From positions 186,001-250,000 of the forward strand of contig DF236994.1 of the NCBI GenBank assembly GCA_000708835.1: a stretch of 64,000 bases of DNA, in the 5' to 3' direction. This DNA is from Klebsormidium nitens. Its lineage: Eukaryota > Plantae > Klebsormidiophyceae. Position numbers and translations under genes: made by a program. This document shows positions 57,418 to 64,000 of the stretch, piece after piece. How positions within the stretch are numbered: the stretch's first letter is position 1; every line of letters begins with the position of its first letter. The notes beneath the pieces were generated by a model. It searched no databases, was not told the origin of the DNA, and saw only the letters and a program-made list of their open reading frames with translations.

Positions 57418-60400
57418 TCAATCCTCTAGAAAGTAGTCCTCTGCCGCCTCTTCCGAATCCGAACTGCTCCCGTCCGTTCTCCGGCCCGCGGCGACACGCG
57501 GCGCGGCTCCGTTGCCCCGCGCTTTGGGCTCCGCGCCCGCATTCTCCCCGTCCAACCCGTCGCTCATCTCCAGCACCCCGTCCGGCGACAAAGTCGCGGT
57601 CGCCGTCATCCTCTGCGCAACTCTCTCTCGTTTCGGCGACACGGCTGCCGCGTCGCTCCGCCGAGTCGCCAACCCCGATAAAGTTCCCGCCAACAGCACA
57701 TCCTCCGCCGCTCGAAGGCCCGGATCGCCCCCCCGCGAGCCGTTTCCGGAGGGATCCCCCCGCCCCGACCCGCTCGCGCCCGCCGTCTCCTGCAACGCCC
57801 GTGCAAGCACTTCTTTTTCGATTTCCCCCGCCTGGGGCGGCCTATCTTTCACCCCCCCGACCAGCTTCGGCCCCTTCTTCCCGGGCGCCCGCACTTCCTC
57901 CTCTGCGCGCCCGCTTACGCTCGGCTCCTCGACGGCCCACTGGCCCTCATACGCTATGACCACCACGTCCGGACGCTTGTTGCTGTACTTTCGGACGGCC
58001 CCCCGGATCGCCTGCGCCACCTCCTTTTCGATCACCGAGAGCGGCTGGTTCGCGGCGATCCGTTTCAGGCATCGCTGGGCCTCGGTTTGCATGACGCCGA
58101 GCAGTTTTCCGTGGTCCACCCACATGCATCGTGTCGTGATGCGTATCCGTGCCTTCAACCCGTACGGCTCCTTTCCGTCCTGGTATTGCTGCGCGCTCGC
58201 CAGGACGCGCGTGCCGGCGGGCCGCGTGATTTCGAGGCTATGGCCAAAACGAAGGAAGCTGATTAGAAGGTTGAATATGACGGCGCCAAAGAGTGCTACG
58301 GAGTCTGTCTGTCCAATTGATGGTTATGCTGGCTCCCCAATGGGTTTGGTAAGTGTGCTTTAGGCAGTCTGTCGCTGAAGGCTGTCGCGGAAGCGGTGCA
58401 CACTCGGAACTTAGGCGAAACAGCACAACTCAGTGCTGTTTGAAACAAAAGGAACGACGCGGCAAGCTGCTTCACTGCGGAAGACGGAGTCAAGCCTTGG
58501 ATCCTACCACGCGATTAAGGCCGCACGAACGATTTGAGAGCTTACAAGAATTGCTTGCAAGGCTTCTCTGCTAATGAATCTTGGAAGGTCCTCTTTCTTC
58601 CTACCGAGGACCTTTCAGTCGAGTCAGCGGGGCCAAGGAGAAAGTAGGGAGGGCACTTGCCTGGCGATTACCATCCCCTCGACAGCGATGTGCATCCGCT
58701 CGGCGATCGCCATCTCGTGAGACGACCCCGTCGCACGATCGCCGTCGTTGTATTGCAACTGCAGCAAAGAAAACGAAGTCAGACGAACTGCCACGTAATT
58801 TTTAATCAAGAGATGTCGATAAACAGGAGTATGCATACCAGACAGCATGCGCATCAATGAGCTGGTGATGCGTCAGGGCGAAGCTTTGCTTTTTGGCAAG
58901 TGGTTGCCGTCTCACCAAAATCGTCCTAGCCATAACTGGCCCGCCAGGTCGAAAGCTTGAGTTGGGACCATGTCGAGTCAGAGATTCTTGTCGAACTATT
59001 ACCTCAATGAAAAATCGAAGCTCGTGGCTTCAAAGCTTACTTCCTCTCCCACTTTACGGGCGCTCTCACTTTGCGGGCGTGAAAGTCGTCTCACCTTCAA
59101 GTTTTGTTGGCCCATCAGGGCTAGTTGACCGGTGGTTACCGTGTTCTTGTTCCGGAGGGGGGCCACTCCGAGCATTTCACCATTCTTGATGACCTGCAAA
59201 ATGGATCTTAAGGGTTAAAGCGGCGAGATCTCAGTGCTGGTGGCCGCAAAGGTAGCTGCTCTGTGGCCACGGACTATGTTAGTAGCAAAGAGTAGCTTAA
59301 ATGTTATCGAGAAACCCGTCGCTTCCGAATCTCTTGGTCTTACCTCTGTCCAGACAGCAGATTCCGTGCAACAGGGGCAACCACCGCGCTTCCGCCGAGT
59401 CTTTGAGGGGCAACAAATTTTGCCTACGTGGCTCTTAATCGAGGTTCAGCTAGTCCTTGTCAGCCCACAATGGACCTCACTTCGTTCAAGGACCTCAAAT
59501 GAATTTCGAAATTGATTCCTCCTCCAAGAAAAAGAGTACCCAGGTTATAACTGAAGCTCCCAACTCCGTTCTCCAAACCGAAACATAGAGACATTCCTCC
59601 TCACCGTGGTATGCCGGATCCCCTGTTGCCGCGCCAGCTGTTCGTGCGCCTTCAGGAACGCGTACTCGCCGTGCACCGGCAGAAAGTGCTGCGGCTGGCA
59701 CAGCCGGATCACTTCCTCCTGCTCGTCGGAGTACGCGTGTCCTGACGTGTGCAACCGCTCCCCGCGCCCCATCGCGATCGCGGGCCCGAGCTCCGCGATG
59801 CGGTTCATCATGCGAACGACACGTGTCTCGTTTCCAGGGATCATCTTGGCAGAGTAGAGGACGAGGTCGTCTTTGTTGAGCTTCAGGTTCTTGCTGCCGC
59901 CGAAGGAGGCCAGGTTGAGGGCCGCGCGCGGCTCGGCCTGCAAAAAAGAGGTGATTTGGCTTTTAAGAGCTCTAGGAGAACATGGAAAGTCTTCTAAAGG
60001 AGCCAAAGATTACCCTGCAGGGATCTTCGGCTCTGTGCCGTCTCGTTCTGATGAAAGTAGTGATGGTTCTAACATTTCCTCTTTACGGCCACCCTCAGCG
60101 GTTCTATGTTCGGGGGAAGATTTGAGGCCATTCAATGGCACATGTACAGCTTATAGATTGGAAAACGCTCTTCACTTCTTTTCGCTCAGAAGGACAAGTT
60201 GCCCATCTCCACACTGAAGTGGCTAAGATGGCCAAAGTCCGTCGCTTTCTGAGGCATGGCTGCGAGGTCTCCAAGCACATTCAAGAGTCTGCAACGTTCT
60301 GTTACGTGGACACAGCTGCGAGCACGGACCTGAGAGCCGGTGGTGACGATAAGCAACTCGTGGGGGGCGTAGTTGTCGAGGTCGCCGGCATTGATCTGCA

Positions 60401-63400
60401 AACACGTGGCAGGGCGTCAGAAAAGAGGGGCGACATTCAGATGAAGCACGAACTCTGTCTACGTCACGGATGGCCGTTAAGGGGGCTGAAGAAGCTTAAG
60501 AAAAGATGTAAAGCCGAAGAAAAGATGGAAGCTATCACGGAGCGTGCAAGCGAATGGCGCGCCATGAAGGCAGATGAACACTGGCGATATTCAAACGATG
60601 CAAGAAAAGGAAGGTCAGCAAAAACTCAAAAAAACATCAAAGTACGCAGCCGAGCCAGCGTACAGCTCGTACCAGGATGGAGGGGTCGAATGGTGCGCGG
60701 CCATCCTTCCAGGCGGCGTCCAGGTAGCTCTTCAACGACATGCCCACGAAGCACTGCACAGTGACACGACAGATCGGAGTGAGCAAAGCCTTCAGTCCGA
60801 TACAACTGCGACTGAAGGAGCGCCCGTTCCTCTCGTCTCAGTGCACCAGAAGTCACGTCAAAGGCGGTCCGCTCCCATTGGACTGCAAGTCGAGCTTACT
60901 GGAGCGGCCCAGCCTTCTAAAATGTTGGATAGATCCTGCGCGCCAGAGTTTCGTTGACGGACGGCGAGCTGTCTTACAGTCGCTGATTAAGGGTGCACAC
61001 AGATCCACCTGTCCTGATTAGCTGTGCAGCTGTCCGTGTTGCTGTTATCACAGGCGTGATGAAGGATCCGTGGCACCATCTGCGGCGTCGACATTGCTCG
61101 ATAGCAACATAGCAACATAGAACACACAGCCCTCCTAGAAAGGGCGGCCGGAACCGCTCGAGACTCCAAAGCCCGGAGCTCCCCTGATCGGTCGCACCCA
61201 TGTGGTCAATTTCGCAGCGACTGCGATGCGGCATTTGTGGTTTTGCAGACACCCAAGCGACAATTGGCGACGCCCTCTTTAGCATGGGAAGAAAATCTCA
61301 CCAGCTTGCGCCCCGTGGCGTCCGCTGCCGCCTTGACGCTGCCGAGGCGGTGCACGTTGGACGCGAACTGTGTAGTGATGACGCGCCCCGGATGCTCCGC
61401 GACCCTCCGCATGAGGCTCTTGGCCACCTCGGACTCGCTCACGGTGCGCCCGGGGGACAGCACGTTCGTGCTGTCGCTCATCATCTGCGGTCGAAAGCAC
61501 GTTTATATGCGTACAAACACCTTGTCAATTCGCGGGGCGGGTTGGATCCAGGACGTCCAATGCACACCCAGGGAACACCTGTCGCGCATCAATTGCGCCC
61601 GAGAGGAGGGAGAACGTTCTTAAGGCTGACCGCGGCCTGTGGTATGTGGAATCATAGACGGGATGGGGGACGCTGGGTCGTACCGCTTTGCAGATCAAGT
61701 TGCGGTTTCCAACGTCTTACGACATGGTAAAAAGGGAAGTGACAAGTTCCTGAACACCAATCTGTAGAACCCACAGATTGCCATGGTAGGGCAGACCGAA
61801 ATCTCTGTTGAACACAACATATAGATGCTGTCAACAAACAGCTGTCCAGAGACGCCCAAAACACATTCAAACACGACAAAAGGGGGCTCTTGCACGCACT
61901 CACCAGCGTCACCCCTTCCTGACCCACTTCCTCCAGAGCTGCCCTGTCGAAGATGTCCCCGTCGATGGGGCTCTCGTCAATCTGCACAAGGCAGAAGGCT
62001 TCGCAGGTCCGATATCCGATTTTAGCCGCTGACCGAAATCTGACACGAGGTCTAATCGTCATCCTTCTGACCTGGGGACGCAGACTCAACGGCCCCGTAT
62101 GAACCGCCCAGGTACGCGGTGTTGCTAGCGAGACGCCGACCTCATTCAGTAACTTCTTTGTCTTCCTAATCTTAGAAACTCGGCTCTTTCTAGTTTTCTG
62201 CAATTACCCAGGCCCTGTCCCTGCCTTGGGGTCCGGCTATCTCCCTTCCTCTTCCGATGCTTGTATGCGCAGCCATCTCGTCTGTTCGCAGTTCGACTTA
62301 ATGCCGGTTTCCTTCAACTTGATGATGCTTTATTGTTGGCACCACCACCGCGGAAGCTACCCAGCCTGGGCCTTTGGCTGAAGGATTTTGAATCCTCACT
62401 TTCGTGTCAACCAGAAAAGAACCGTCCCTCTCTCGGACCTCAGAACTCACCACTCGAAAGCATCAAACCACCAGCTTGACGGCTTCATTCCTAATTGGGT
62501 AGTTCACCGCAACACCGAAAACCTTTTCCCTGCCAGGAGATTCTTCGACTTACCTTCCAGTCTCCCGTGTGCACTATCGTTCCGTCCTCGCACCGGAAGA
62601 TCACCCCGCACGCATCCGGGATGCTGTGCGTGACCCGTATGGGCTCCAACTCGAACGGCCCCGCCGTGAATCGCTCGCGCATGCGGAACGTGTGGAAACG
62701 CTCGGGCTCCCACAGCCCATACTCTTTCATCTTGCGCTGGATGAGGTGGTACGTGAACCCGGTGGAAAAGATGGGGGTCTTCGGATCCAGGGCTGGCACC
62801 ACCTGGCAGGTTAGAACCAGAATGCATGATGCATAGACTTGTGCATTTGAAACCTAGGCTTGAAGAAAGGGGAGGACTGGAAGCTGGGGTTTAACTCACA
62901 GAAACGGTTTCACAGGGCCTCAGACAAGATGCTTTCTATACTTAGACAATGGAAACTTTTGCTTTGGCCTATGCTCACGAAATGGAGGAAAAGGTTGAAA
63001 TGAAGTGGTTTTCGCACTTACCCAGGGCAGGGCCCCAATATGGTCCTCATGCCCGTGTGTGATAAAGACGGCCTCAATCTTGTGCTTCCAGCGCGAGATG
63101 AACTGCGTGTCTGGGAGCACTCTGTTGATGCCAAGCTCGTCGAAACTGCACTTACGAGTCAAGTGGTTATTCACGGGCATTGATCGCCGAAGATGGGGGC
63201 TTAAAAGGGCAGTCTGCATGTTGGCGCCTTCGCACAGATTGACATGGAATCGACGATGCTGTCGACGAAAGCATCGGCGCCGTATGGAGACTCAGAACTG
63301 TCACGCCTGGCATGTCCAGCATTCAGAATCTGCCCAGCGACAGCGCAAACTTCAAGTCCAAGTCGTTGTGAATCCCAAAGGAGCCCCAACCCGACCGAGG

Positions 63401-63729
63401 CGGGTTGCCCACTTTCCTCCTTACAGGGATACGGAGGAGAAAGAAAGAGAAGAAAGAACACAACAAAGTTGAACACTCAAAGAGCTTTGCAGTAGCGCCT
63501 CACTCTGGAAACATGAGCCCCGCGTCCAGCATGATGTACCGGTCGTTGTGCCCGACCAACATGCAGTTCATGCCAATCTCTCCAAGCCCGCCAATGGGAA
63601 ACACTCTCAGGGGGGGCCCGGGGAGGCCTAGGTCCACAATTCCACCCATCTTGCGCTGCGTGCTGTCGTCTCGGCTGCGGCCGGGGGCGTCCGTAAGGTT
63701 GTTAGGAGAGCTGGACTGACGGCGGCCGC
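57418..63729 (-). CDS. RNJ: Plastid-type ribonuclease J (metallo-beta-lactamase/beta-CASP), 5' exon(s) outside the window
   Basis: Exons 63729-63504, 63145-63022, 62802-62554, 61981-61904, 61484-61302, 60753-60673, 60395-60330, 59937-59605, 59193-59095, 58758-58661, 58237-57418. Motifs [51 protein letters not shown]. Confidence 0.96.
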
Positions 63730-64000
63730 CTGCGTAACAGAACATAACCAGTGAGAATTTTGTCTCATTTCTGGGCCTTGCTGTGAGTACTAACTTGTAT
63801 CGAAGTGCAAAGCATTCAAACTGAGACGATAGCCAACGAAAGCCAATGGCGTGGCGCCAAACTTTCAGCATTGCAATTGAGTAGACGTAATTGTAAAGAT
63901 TGCAACTGTAGCTTTTCAATATGCGATTTGAGGGAATGAAGATGCACCACTTAACACTCCCTGGAAAACTTTCTTTGGACAAGGGAAGAGGAAAATTTCT

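Noticed and set aside
57512-58363. 283-aa plus-strand ORF (also 57381-57959, 42523-43071, 21311-21922, 12394-12722)
   Set aside because: Antisense shadows of GC-rich coding exons (RNase J, COG4, CCDC130, G6PD) with no domain signal.

Overview
Gene-dense, intron-rich eukaryotic nuclear DNA. Gene content and intron style suggest a streptophyte green alga such as Klebsormidium; this is inference, not shown by the sequence. Manual splicing (GT/GC-AG, phase-checked) gives 13 protein-coding genes. In order: BTB-BACK protein with a TM tail (5' end unresolved), alpha/beta-hydrolase, RAB5IF-like, plastid G6PD, SAND-like/RBR E3 ligase, CCDC130/YJU2B, PIG-O (spans a 575-N gap), an unlisted 52-aa two-exon membrane microprotein, meiotic ZIP4/SPO22, COG4, SpoU/TrmH methyltransferase, universal stress protein, and plastid RNase J (5' end outside the window). 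Most ORF-track entries are shadows or exon fragments. No rRNA, tRNA, CRISPR array or recognisable transposon was found. The main unexplained structure is a set of 'splice-junction echoes'. In four unrelated genes (hydrolase, G6PD, COG4, TrmH) an intron holds 1-4 diverged tandem copies of the adjacent exon end plus its splice site. In the three best-preserved echoes all 10 differences from the real exon are synonymous, which neutral decay does not predict. A decayed copy of PIG-O coding sequence also sits in the ZIP4/microprotein promoter.
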